This document shows positions 63,618-64,000 of a DNA stretch of 64,000 nucleotides, one piece after another; position 1 is the first letter of the stretch, and every line of letters begins with the position of its first letter. The stretch is from a phage. The position numbers and the translations under genes were made by a program. Below the pieces are notes generated by a model that made no database searches, was not told the origin of the DNA, and was given only the letters and a program-made list of their open reading frames with translations. The stretch lies in the NCBI GenBank assembly GCA_024683775.1, contig GCA_024683775.1_4106.1; one strand, given 5' to 3'.

Positions 63618-64000
63618 TGGTAAGGTTTCTAAAGTAGGTTTAGTTTTTGAAAATTGTGAGTTCATTGAGATTGATGTAAAGAATGTTTTATGGATGCATA
63701 TTGCTGACGAGAAAACTCTTTGTAGTCGTTTTTCCAACGGTCTAACTATTAGTACTGGTATTGGTGAGTTTGGTATCGCATTACGTAGTGACACACCATC
63801 TGATTTCATGGATAACTCAACACTGCTAGAACGTTTAAAAATGCGTGATGTTACACACGTTTATCTTTATGATACTAATGGTGTTGAACAGCGTTATGTA
63901 GTTGAATGGGCTAATTATAACCTTAGTGATCAATATTCAGTAAATCAGCGTGTTCAACTCACCCCTGGTGGTAATATTGTGTTTGTTAGTTCAACTGGTA
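63604..64000 (+). CDS. hypothetical protein, 3'-truncated at window end
   Basis: Open frame from ATG 63604 to the end of the window. Confidence 0.4.
   Translation, partial: MMQFNGKVSKVGLVFENCEFIEIDVKNVLWMHIADEKTLCSRFSNGLTISTGIGEFGIALRSDTPSDFMDNSTLLERLKMRDVTHVYLYDTNGVEQRYVVEWANYNLSDQYSVNQRVQLTPGGNIVFVSSTG

Overview
The window reads as an early/middle gene region of a T4-like (Tevenvirinae/Straboviridae-type) myovirus: AT-rich, almost entirely + strand, densely packed with short genes that often overlap by ATGA, and punctuated by many sigma70-like promoters (TTGACA-17-TATAAT or TGnTATAAT) and intrinsic terminators. Recognisable genes are nrdA, nrdB, frd, an RNase HI-type rnh, dda helicase, topoisomerase II large and medium subunits, a clamp-loader ATPase, a DexA-like exonuclease, a GroES-like co-chaperonin, a C5-cytosine methyltransferase, two HNH homing endonucleases and a phage-encoded IF3 homologue. 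There is a tRNA cluster (53.6-60.9 kb) in which several members look non-canonical by eye. The most striking feature is a family of at least 19 small paralogous ORFs (38.6-46.2, 51.2-52.2, 54.4-55.5 and 60.9-63.6 kb) sharing a C-terminal [DE]-E-x-[FY]-[FM]-Q-x-S-[TL]-[VI] motif. All calls rest on reading the sequence and the supplied ORF translations; no database search was run, and coordinates of promoters, terminators and tRNAs are approximate to a few bases.
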